Below, in pieces: positions 33,304 to 42,761 of a DNA stretch of 64,000 nt (position 1 is the first letter of the stretch; each line of letters begins with the position of its first letter). The stretch is from an uncultured cyanobacterium. GTDB lineage: Bacteria; Cyanobacteriota; Cyanobacteriia; Cyanobacteriales; Nostocaceae. The position numbers and the translations under genes were made by a program. The notes beneath the pieces were generated by a model, which searched no databases, had not been told where the DNA came from, and worked only from the letters and a program-made list of their open reading frames with translations. The stretch lies in assembly GCA_963740315.1 (NCBI GenBank), contig CAVUDP010000002.1, positions 1,056,001 through 1,120,000 on the forward strand, in the 5' to 3' direction.

Positions 33304-33603
33304 TTAATCTTCGCCAAATTCCTCCAATAGCTTCTTCTTATAAGTAACTGCGGCAACGGTAACAGTTTGACCTTTGATACGGTAGATAATTCGATACATA
33401 TAGGCAAACTGCTGTCTAACACTATCGTCATCGAATTCTGGCACAACTTCACCAGCAGTAGGACAGTGACTCAAACTGCGAGTCACATCAAGTATTTTCT
33501 TAACGACTGCCGCAGCATAAGAAGCAGAATCACGAGAGATATATATGGCAATTGCTTCTACATCATCTAAAGCTTTAGGTGACCATTCTACTTGATAAGC
33601 CAT
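33304..33603 (-). CDS. Type II toxin, RelE/ParE family
   Basis: YQVEWSPKALDDVEAIAIYI...YRIIYRI; overlaps the upstream antitoxin. Confidence 0.88.
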   Translation of the reverse strand: MAYQVEWSPKALDDVEAIAIYISRDSASYAAAVVKKILDVTRSLSHCPTAGEVVPEFDDDSVRQQFAYMYRIIYRIKGQTVTVAAVTYKKKLLEEFGED

Positions 33604-33776
33604 TTGCTTAAACGTTCTTTGGCCTCATTATGTGTCCTTGTTCCTCTAGTATCGGCTACTTCTATGCTACGTCGCACTTTTTCGCTCACATACAAATGAT
33701 ATTGGATATCTTCAACAGAACAATCATCCGGTAATTGCTTCAAAATAGATTGAATGCTTTCCTTTGGAGTACTCAT
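33588..33776 (-). CDS. Putative cognate antitoxin (62 aa)
   Basis: ATG 33776, MSTPKESIQSILKQLPDDCSVEDIQYHLYV...; 16-nt overlap with the toxin gene. Confidence 0.8.
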   Translation of the reverse strand: MSTPKESIQSILKQLPDDCSVEDIQYHLYVSEKVRRSIEVADTRGTRTHNEAKERLSKWLIK

Positions 33777-33847
33777 AATGTTATTTTTTGGGTATTTATA
33801 TAAATTCGGAAATAGCTTGATGGGCATATGCCCACCTCTATTGTCTC

Positions 33848-35692
33848 CTAAAAGTTGCTGTAATTGGTAATAGCATTCTTCATATTGTCCAGTACTTCGG
33901 ATACGGACATGGTTCCTAAATCTCCGGAAGCACGGGTACGAATACTTAAAGTATTAGATTCTACCTCTTTTTGTCCGACTACAGCCATTACGGGAATTTT
34001 CTGTTTTTCGGCATTACGTATTAGTTTACCAAGTCTATCACCACTGGTATCTACTTCCGCACGAATACCTAACATAAGCATTTTAGAAACAACATCTTTA
34101 GCAAAATCTAATTGCGCTTCAGTTACTGGCAATAATCTTGCTTGTACTGGTGCTAGCCATAAAGGAAAATCACCTGCATATTCTTCAATTAAAATTCCAA
34201 TTAACCGCTCCAAGGAACCAAAAGGAGCGCGGTGAATCATTACCGGGCGTTGACGAGTACCGTCTTCAGCAACGTATTCTAATTTAAAGCGTTCGGGCAA
34301 AATATAGTCTACCTGTACCGTTCCTAACTGCCATTCTCTTTCCAAAGCGTCTTGGAAGATAAAATCGAGTTTGGGACCGTAAAAAGCAGCTTCTCCAATA
34401 CCTTCAAAGTGAGCCATTCCTAGCTTTTCTACGGCACGGCGAATTGCACCTTCGGCTTTGTCCCACGCTTCATCGGAACCGATATACTTATCTTCGGTAG
34501 GGTCGCGAAAGCTCAATCTAGCTTTAAAATTCTTTAATTGCAGTTTGTTGAATACCGATAAAATTAAATCTACGACGTTAAGAAATTCTTCATCAAGCTG
34601 TTCGGGAGTTACAAATAGGTGAGAATCATCCACCGTGAAGCCTCTTACCCTTGTCAAACCACCTAATTCACCAGATTGTTCGTAGCGGTAAACCGTGCCG
34701 AATTCAGCTAAACGTATTGGTAGTTCTCGATAGGAACGCAGTTCGCTGTCGTATATTTGAATGTGAAACGGACAGTTCATCGGCTTCATTACAAAACCGT
34801 TTTCTAATTTTGCAGCTTCCTCATCTTCCGCCATTAAAGGAAACATATCTTCTTTGTATTTCTGCCAATGTCCTGAAGTTTTAAATAAATCAACTTTGGC
34901 AATATGAGGTGTTACTACAGGCAAATAACCCCGCTTCAACTGTTCTTGCTTAAGAAAATCTTCTAATAGACTTCTTAATAAAGTACCTTTAGGAGTCCAC
35001 AACGGTAAACCAGGTCCGACTAAATCGGAAAAGATAAATAATCCTAATTCTTTACCTAATTTACGATGGTCGCGGCGCATTGCTTCTTCTTTACGCCGCT
35101 TGTATTCTGTTAACTGTTCGGGGTTTTCCCAAGCAGTACCGTAAATACGCTGTAGCTGTGCCTTATTCTCATCTCCACGCCAATAAGCACCAGCGACGCT
35201 TTCTAATTCGATCGCTTTTGGCTTTAACTCGCTGGTATTTTCTAAATGAGGTCCAGCACATAAATCCCACCATTCTTCCCCCAAATGGTAGATTGTAATT
35301 GGTTCTTCTTTAATATCTTCTAGGACTTCTAACTTATAAGGTTCGTTAATTTCTTTAATGCGGCGTTGGGCTTCCTCGCGGCTGACTTCTTCTCTAATAA
35401 CGGGTAATTTACGATTAATTATTTTCACCATCTCCTTATAGATGGCTTTCAAATCCTTCTCGGTAAATGGTTCTGGATTATCAAAGTCATAGTAAAAGCC
35501 GTTTTCAATCCACGGACCGATCGTGACTTGGCTTTTAGGAAACAGCTTTTGTACCGCCATTGCCATAATATGAGAAGCTGTATGACGAATCTTTTTCAAA
35601 TCTTCAGATTCGCTGGTACGTGGTAGATTGATTTTTTGAGGTTCAGATTCACTCAAGTATTCCGAAGGCGACAACGTCGGCTGTTTAACCAT
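33848..35692 (-). CDS. thrS: Threonine--tRNA ligase
   Basis: RHTASH, DLCAGPH, RDHRKLG, KPMNCPFH, AAFYGPK, MIHRAPFGSLER. Confidence 0.98.
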   Translation of the reverse strand: MVKQPTLSPSEYLSESEPQKINLPRTSESEDLKKIRHTASHIMAMAVQKLFPKSQVTIGPWIENGFYYDFDNPEPFTEKDLKAIYKEMVKIINRKLPVIREEVSREEAQRRIKEINEPYKLEVLEDIKEEPITIYHLGEEWWDLCAGPHLENTSELKPKAIELESVAGAYWRGDENKAQLQRIYGTAWENPEQLTEYKRRKEEAMRRDHRKLGKELGLFIFSDLVGPGLPLWTPKGTLLRSLLEDFLKQEQLKRGYLPVVTPHIAKVDLFKTSGHWQKYKEDMFPLMAEDEEAAKLENGFVMKPMNCPFHIQIYDSELRSYRELPIRLAEFGTVYRYEQSGELGGLTRVRGFTVDDSHLFVTPEQLDEEFLNVVDLILSVFNKLQLKNFKARLSFRDPTEDKYIGSDEAWDKAEGAIRRAVEKLGMAHFEGIGEAAFYGPKLDFIFQDALEREWQLGTVQVDYILPERFKLEYVAEDGTRQRPVMIHRAPFGSLERLIGILIEEYAGDFPLWLAPVQARLLPVTEAQLDFAKDVVSKMLMLGIRAEVDTSGDRLGKLIRNAEKQKIPVMAVVGQKEVESNTLSIRTRASGDLGTMSVSEVLDNMKNAITNYSNF

Positions 35693-35994
35693 TGGCGAAA
35701 GTTACTTTATTTTGGAACTGCATCTATATTAACGACCTTGGGTAAACTACATCGTTTTTCCTTGTGAAATGTTGTTAACAGTATTTACGTCTTGCTTGAA
35801 AAGACAACCTATATCTAATTATTCTGTCTTTAGGATAGGTACAAATCAGAAAGTTAATATATATAATATAAAAAAGTGTAATAAAAATTACAGATTTTTT
35901 TAAGGATCTATCTTGAGAAGTATGTTGCGTTAAATGTTAAGAATATTAAAGAACGTTAATATTAGTAATAAAAATTGAAATTTTCTTCTCATTT

Positions 35995-36330
35995 ATGCGA
36001 GACTCTAATTTACCGGAGCCTGAATTACTGAAGACGGTGTTGCAGCCGTTGTTGGAAGACTTCGAGTATTGGTTTGCTCGTTCGCGAACCTTCCTTGAAA
36101 CAGAGCAGCTATCATTTTTGGATAAGCAGGAACAATCCGATCTATTGACAAGGGTGAAGGTTGCTGCTGATGAAGTGAGAGCAGCAAAAATGTTGTTTAC
36201 AGTTGCTGAAGGTAAGGTGGGGATTGATATGGCAACGCTTATGCCTTGGCATAAGTTAGTGACTGAATGTTGGAATGTCGCGATGCGATTCCGCTCTAAG
36301 CAGGATTCTGAGGGGCGAGACGAACTATAA
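35995..36330 (+). CDS. Conserved cyanobacterial protein (DUF2605-like)
   Basis: LLKTVLQPLLEDFEYWF...MPWHKLVTECW. Confidence 0.8.
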   Translation: MRDSNLPEPELLKTVLQPLLEDFEYWFARSRTFLETEQLSFLDKQEQSDLLTRVKVAADEVRAAKMLFTVAEGKVGIDMATLMPWHKLVTECWNVAMRFRSKQDSEGRDEL

Positions 36331-36547
36331 AATTAATAATACTTTTTCTAAACTTCTTTAAGATTAATGACGTTTAGGAGAAAATGTAATTAATGCTACA
36401 TAGAATTACCTGTATAGCGAATCTGCTCAATTAAGTATGGTAGCACTCATGGCGTATCGGGAACTTGTATATTACATCTGCAAGTGAGAGTGCTTTTCAA
36501 ATTCAAATGAATGTTTAAAAACTCGCTGCTTCTAAAGGAAAAACTCA

Positions 36548-36898
36548 ATGCTATTACAATTGCTTTACATTCTCGCTTTTACTATTCTTGCTTTTATAGC
36601 CGTTGCTAACTTGATTCGTAATTTAATCATGTTTAGTTTTGATAGACCTGGAAATTATCCACCGCGATTCGGAAGAAACGAGGTTGGAGGGGTTTATCCC
36701 AATCAAGGTAATTATCCGTTGTCTGCATCTAGAAGACAGTTTGTACCCCATCCCGAACTTTTAGATAATTCTGGCAATATCGTTAAAGAGCCGCTGTTGG
36801 TAATGCGTTCGATTAATGTTGAAGATGCTCGCCAACAGCTTGATGCTCTTTATGAATCGTCTCCAGGAAGTAAAGCTGATAGTTCCGAGGAAGGTTAG
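36548..36898 (+). CDS. Conserved cyanobacterial membrane-anchored protein (DUF2973-like)
   Basis: N-terminal TM helix, HPELLD...EPLLVMRS...ARQQLDALY. Confidence 0.8.
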   Translation: MLLQLLYILAFTILAFIAVANLIRNLIMFSFDRPGNYPPRFGRNEVGGVYPNQGNYPLSASRRQFVPHPELLDNSGNIVKEPLLVMRSINVEDARQQLDALYESSPGSKADSSEEG

Positions 36899-36932
36899 AA
36901 GCGATCGGAATGTTTCTTATTAATTTAATTTT

Positions 36933-37006
36933 ATAGAGACGTAAAATGTAAAGGCGCAAAATGTAAAGGCGCGATATATAGAGACGCGATATATCGCGTC
37001 TCTACA
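36933..37006. repeat. REP-like palindrome with partial tandem duplications between convergent genes
   Basis: Perfect 26-bp palindrome TAGAGACGCGATATATCGCGTCTCTA (36979-37004) preceded by AAATGTAAAGGCGC x2. Confidence 0.75.
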
Positions 37007-37011
37007 TTTAT

Positions 37012-39288
37012 CTAGGCTTCAATCACAACTCGGAGGTTGCCGCGTTTTTTGGCAACTCGACAAGCAGTGGTGCTACCAGAACGCTCGAATTCTAAATCAA
37101 GAATTGTTGGGCCAACTCGCAAATTATGAAGCGAAAGACTATTTATCGACTCTGGTAATGCTGGATCGATAATTCTTAAGCAATTGTTGGGCGCGTCGGG
37201 TACTAAGTTAACCATCATTTGCAGTAGCTGGAAGATAGAACCAGTAGCCCAAGCTTGGGGAGTACAAGCTACCGGGTACCTTACGGGAGCTTCATCACCG
37301 TTACGCTCGTAGCCGCAAAATAATTCGGGCGGACGTTGGTAAGGCTGCATGGAAGTCATATCGAACAAACCTTGGAAAATTTCCAAAGCTTGGTCAATTA
37401 ATCCTAGCGATCGCAATCCCATCGCGATAATAGCGTTGTCGTGGGGCCATACCGAACCGACATGGTAGCCCATTGGGTTGTAAGCTGGAGACAAACTACT
37501 AAGAGTACGAATACCCCAACCGTTAAACATATCGGGTGCCCGCAGTCTTTCCGCAACGCTATAGGCATTTTCAGGAGTAAAAATTCCCAACTGCAAGCAG
37601 TGACCGGGGTTAGAAGTGATACTGTCTACTTGCTGCCCATCGCCATCTAATGACAAGGCGCAAAAATCTTGGTCTTCAATCCAAAAATCTCTATTAAAAC
37701 GAGCTTTTAAACTTCTAGCATCTTCTTGCCAGCGATCTGCTAAATCGAGTCGCTTTTTCATCCGAGCAATTTCTGCTAAGCGCATTTTTGCCGAATAAAC
37801 ATAACCTTGCACTTCACACAAGGTAATTGGACCGTTTGCCAATTCTCCTTTACGGTCTACAATACAGTCACCAGAATCCTTCCAACCTTGGTTAGCCAAA
37901 CCGCGCTTCGATCTACGGAAGTAGCTGAGGTAGCCAGTTTCTTTGAGATTGCGGTCTATCCAATCCATTGCCGCCAAAGCATTTGACCAAAGCTGCTCTA
38001 AGGTTTCCCCGTCGTGAGTCCAAGCAAAGTACTCAGCATAAAGCATTAACCATAAAGGTGTAGCATCAACCGTACCGTAGTAAGGCGTATGAGGTATTTC
38101 CTGAGTGCGAGCCAATTCTCCGAAACGCAACTCGTGGAGAATCTTACCCGGCTCTTCTTCGCGCCAGTCGTCGTCAACTTTACCTTGATAGCGAGCGAGT
38201 AAAGTCAAAGTCTCTTTGGCAATTTCCGGATTTAACATCAAAGTTTGGTAAGCGGTAATCAACGAATCCCTACCAAACAAAGTAGAAAACCACGGTACTC
38301 CAGCAGAAACAGTCTTTGATTTCCCAAAAGACTGGCGCAACAAATACATATCTTGTTCGCCGCGCTCGATTACTCGGTTAAAAGTACCTTTATCCGCACG
38401 AATTTGAGTAATCTTTTGTACCCAGTTTTGTTCCTCCATCATCTCGGCGGATCTAGCCTGAACCAAGGTTACGGGAGCGCTAACTGTGGAGGTAGGCTTG
38501 TTATTAGTAAACATATTAATCCGATAACCCAGCTTTTGGGTTTCGTGGCTGGCTAGTTCCAACTGCCAAACAGCGGTATAACCTTTAAAATAATCTGGTT
38601 GACGATGCTGGAAATGGATGCGCGATTCCATGATCAAGTTATCCAATCCTTGGTAAGCAAGCGTCAAAGCTTCTTCCCTTGAGGAGCGTTCATCTTGACT
38701 CGATCCGACATCATTGCTTGCTTCTTGCGATTGCGGTTCTACCAAACGCAGCAATCTACCACGATTCTCCCTACCAAAACCTCGGACTTCAAATAAATCT
38801 ACATAATCCGCATCAAAGCTAATACTTAACTCAAAGCTAACAGTGGTCGTACTATAGTTAGAAACTTCTATCTCTTCAAATAAGGCACCATTGAGTACCA
38901 ACTCCCTGCGAATTCCTACAGTATCCGCTTGCAATCGGTCGTCAATCCTGGGATTAGTACACAACACCGAAAGTGAAAACCCCTTGTTCGCAGTGCTACT
39001 GAGCAAAATTGGCGATCGCCCTTCAATTTGAAATTCCAATCGACTCAAAAAGCGGGTATCGCAACAAAACATCCCCATGCTGGGATTAACATCATTAAGC
39101 GAACAACCAGCAATGTTACCTAAAGTGTCTGTGACTAAAAACAAGTCATCATCTTTTATAGTTAAAGATGCTTGCGGTCTTTCGCTTAAAACGCAAGGCC
39201 ATTCTGGGATAGGAATTTGGTCGGCAGGAACAAAAGTTTTTCCGTCTAGTAAAATCTTGTCCGGTGTCATTAGGGTATCCGGTGTCAT
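37012..39288 (-). CDS. Amylo-alpha-1,6-glucosidase / glycogen debranching enzyme family
   Basis: DTRFLSR, AGVPWFSTLFGRD, EEPGKILHE, YYGTVDAT, NQGWKDS, YHVGSVWPHD, ACTPQAWA. Confidence 0.92.
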   Translation of the reverse strand: MTPDTLMTPDKILLDGKTFVPADQIPIPEWPCVLSERPQASLTIKDDDLFLVTDTLGNIAGCSLNDVNPSMGMFCCDTRFLSRLEFQIEGRSPILLSSTANKGFSLSVLCTNPRIDDRLQADTVGIRRELVLNGALFEEIEVSNYSTTTVSFELSISFDADYVDLFEVRGFGRENRGRLLRLVEPQSQEASNDVGSSQDERSSREEALTLAYQGLDNLIMESRIHFQHRQPDYFKGYTAVWQLELASHETQKLGYRINMFTNNKPTSTVSAPVTLVQARSAEMMEEQNWVQKITQIRADKGTFNRVIERGEQDMYLLRQSFGKSKTVSAGVPWFSTLFGRDSLITAYQTLMLNPEIAKETLTLLARYQGKVDDDWREEEPGKILHELRFGELARTQEIPHTPYYGTVDATPLWLMLYAEYFAWTHDGETLEQLWSNALAAMDWIDRNLKETGYLSYFRRSKRGLANQGWKDSGDCIVDRKGELANGPITLCEVQGYVYSAKMRLAEIARMKKRLDLADRWQEDARSLKARFNRDFWIEDQDFCALSLDGDGQQVDSITSNPGHCLQLGIFTPENAYSVAERLRAPDMFNGWGIRTLSSLSPAYNPMGYHVGSVWPHDNAIIAMGLRSLGLIDQALEIFQGLFDMTSMQPYQRPPELFCGYERNGDEAPVRYPVACTPQAWATGSIFQLLQMMVNLVPDAPNNCLRIIDPALPESINSLSLHNLRVGPTILDLEFERSGSTTACRVAKKRGNLRVVIEA

Positions 39289-40114
39289 TAGCAAAAATTC
39301 CGTGTACGGGTGTATAGTTTCAAAGTTAGCAATGCGTCAGCAGGAGAAAAGACGCGGTTTAAAACTTATTTGAGCCATTGAGCAAGAACATTAATCGCAT
39401 ACAGTTAAATCGAGGGACACAACAAGAGCAAATATCTAAAATATTTATAAATATGTATGTTTAAAAAAGTATCGTAAATAGCAAACCTATATTAAATAAA
39501 ACCAAGTAATAATTTGGGAATGTTTGTACTTAACTTTTAAAACGCTATGCAAGCAAAATTCCTTATACAGAAGCCATTTCAACTGTTGTCTATGCAACTA
39601 GTGGTAGAAGGGCTATGTATATTTTATCTACTAACTATTACAGTAAATTATTTAAACACGTTATATAATTCTTATCTATATTTATTTATTTATACGTAAA
39701 CTAAATATAACCATACTTATAAACTTTGTTTTTAATCTTGAATAGACAAAAACAATGCATTTTATATATACCATAAAATTAATGGTTAATTCAAAACCAC
39801 CAAAATTGAGCCGCGCCTTGCGGCAATTTTTTATAGTAGTTTAGTATTTGTTAAAAAGGTAAGTATATTGATACTACTTAATCCATTAGCTGCCTTTACG
39901 ATCGAACTATAAATACTATTAAGCGACGCTATTAGTCAACTGCCCCACCCACAAGGGGATGGGTTATACAGGCGATCGATAAAATCAAATATTTCACAAT
40001 AAAACAAAGTCCGCTTGAGGCAGACTTTGCTTATATAACTCTACACTAACACCGATTGTCAAAGCTCATACCTTTAGAAGAAGTAAAAGGTATTCAAACC
40101 TTGACAGTTATAGC

Positions 40115-41158
40115 TTATAAAGATTGAGTCGAATTCAGAACCATAGAATAAGCTCTCTCATACTCGTCAGTCATCGTTTCAACGCTAAAGCGGCTAACGA
40201 CATATTCCCGACAAGTTTGACGATCTAGTTTTGTAGCTTTTGGAACCATCTCAATCGCTTGCTCTAAGTTTTCGCAAACGAAACCTGTTTTTCCATCGGC
40301 GATAACTTCCGGTACGGAACCCAAATTCATGGCGATTACAGGGGTACCAGCAGCCATTGACTCAATCATCACTAAACCAAAAGGCTCTCGCCAAGTGATG
40401 GGAAACAATGTTACGGTTGCTTCACCTAAGAGTTTCACCTTATCCTCATGGGAAATCTCCCCAAGATATTGAATTTGTTCGCCATCAATTAATGGTTCTA
40501 CTTTTTCTCGATAGTAATCAACGTCTACCGCGTCAATTTTACCGGCGATTTTCAACGGTAAACCACTAGCACGAGCAATTTTAATCGCTTCTACCGCTCC
40601 TTTTTGTGGCGAGATTCTACCTACAAAAGCTAAATAGGCAGGTTGTGCGGGTTGGCTTACGAAGGGATAAACAGCCGTATCAATGCCGTTGTAGACTGTA
40701 TGAACGTAATTTAAATCCGGGCAAGGTTCTCGCTGTGAAGAGGAAATACTGATTAAAGGCTGCTCGCTAAAACGCCGATGTATTTTAGCAGTATCGGATG
40801 TAAATGCGCCGTGGAGCGTATGTACGGTAGGCGTTTTGACAAAACCGCTGTATGTAAGAGATGCATAACCAATATGAGAATGAATAATATCAAAATTGGC
40901 GTAACATTCTTGATAAACGTCAGCGAGCATCATTTGATGGTAAACATCTGGCTCTTGAATAGAAGAGTCGAGCCGTAAAGCTCGATCGTGAACCGAATGC
41001 AACTTTGAAGAAATAATCGAATCACCAGAAGCGAACAAAGTTACTTCATGTCCGCGCCGAACTAATTCATCCGTGAGAAGTTTGACAATCAGTTCTATTC
41101 CGCCGTAGCGAAAGGGAGGAACGCGCTCCCATAAAGGAGAAATTTGAGCAATTCTCAT
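40115..41158 (-). CDS. Glycosyltransferase family 4
   Basis: ERVPPFRYGGIE, GRISPQKG, EPFGLVMIESMA. Confidence 0.93.
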   Translation of the reverse strand: MRIAQISPLWERVPPFRYGGIELIVKLLTDELVRRGHEVTLFASGDSIISSKLHSVHDRALRLDSSIQEPDVYHQMMLADVYQECYANFDIIHSHIGYASLTYSGFVKTPTVHTLHGAFTSDTAKIHRRFSEQPLISISSSQREPCPDLNYVHTVYNGIDTAVYPFVSQPAQPAYLAFVGRISPQKGAVEAIKIARASGLPLKIAGKIDAVDVDYYREKVEPLIDGEQIQYLGEISHEDKVKLLGEATVTLFPITWREPFGLVMIESMAAGTPVIAMNLGSVPEVIADGKTGFVCENLEQAIEMVPKATKLDRQTCREYVVSRFSVETMTDEYERAYSMVLNSTQSL

Positions 41159-42761
41159 GTTTCACCAATGTGGTAAATAAGGCATATCAGCCCCGTACAT
41201 ATTATTCTAAAGCTATTAATTCCGACGGGGTAAGTATGCTATGCCAAGTTTGCTTTAATAGCCCGACAAAGGTAGCTTAAATAGCTGGGTATATATCAAT
41301 AACAAGGCATAAGGGAACAACAGTTAAGCAGCGATCGCTAATCACTTGATGAATCTAATAATGTGTCGCTACCATTGCTTATTACTCGATCGCAATTAAG
41401 CGAGCCAAAATTTGTTTACTCTGTGCTTAATGGCAATAAAATAAGTAAGCGGATATTATCAGCTATTATTTCTAGATTCTTTTACATTGATTGATGAATC
41501 TTGAATCAACAAAATTATATTACATGAAACATGAATATGATGCAATACATACTGAGTGATTGAATGTATGTTAAATCTTTATTGTTGTTCTAATAATAAG
41601 TTAATTTAACGATAGAAAAGCACAAAAAAATGGCATTTGTTTTTACAAATCAACTATATTTATTAGACAAAAGTATACATTAATCTCGGATTTTTCAATA
41701 GATAGTTTCGCTGCTGAAGCCTTAATTATTCACAAACATATTGACTAGTACGAAGCCACATTAAATATGATGGGTAACACGTTCGTAGTGCTGTCTTCGT
41801 AGCTTGTCCGCAACGATATGCATCTTGCATGGCGAATGGTGGCTAGCGAGCGACTAGTGCTTTGTCCCATAAAAAATGCCGGGTGAGGGTGAGAGGGGGG
41901 AGCGGAGGAAGCAGGGGAGCAGGGGAAGAAAAAGCTTTTTGTTTTCAAACTACACCCATTACTTATTAATAGGACAGACTACCAGGTAAATCAAACGCTA
42001 TCGAAGAATATGGTTTTTAACTGCAATTATTTGATACAGAAATTTACTTATAAATCATTAAAATAAAATCATCTCAAAATAATATTATATATATTGACGA
42101 AAAAGTATATTTTATGACAAAGAATAAATGTAACAGAAAAACAAAAAATTTATATTGATACTGTCTTAACAAACAAAGACATCGATCGGTTAAGTGAGAA
42201 TATAAGCAAAATATTTAACGATTTAAAATCACCATGATACTAAATTAAAAAGGATAATTGAATTAAATATAAACCGGCGCGATCGCAGCATTTAAAATTA
42301 TAAAATTAGTCCCAAGCAGTACAGACAAACGAGCTTAACTGCTAAAAAAGTGAAAGTACATAGAATAATTTATATGTATGTTTCCCCAAATTTGGAAGGA
42401 ACAGAAAATATACAGACTTTTTCCAAAATTCTAGGGAGAAATTCTATAGAGCGTTTTACGCTTAACATTTCTTCACAGATCGCAATTATATATAAATAAA
42501 AATTTTTAACTACAGTAAAGTTGTTTTGTCGAAATCTCAGCAGAGGACGAGGTAAAATGTTTTCATTATTATATTTTAGATGCCTAACCGCTGTAGCATA
42601 GCTGCAATTAAAGAACTGTAAATATTTTTACAGCCCTTTAAACCGATGAAAGTATTCTTTACAAATTGCAACTTTATGTTTGACCTGAGAATCCGTTGTA
42701 GTTTGTACAATGCAGCTGTGACGTGGATTCAAATCCAGATTGTGGCTCCTTAACGACATTC

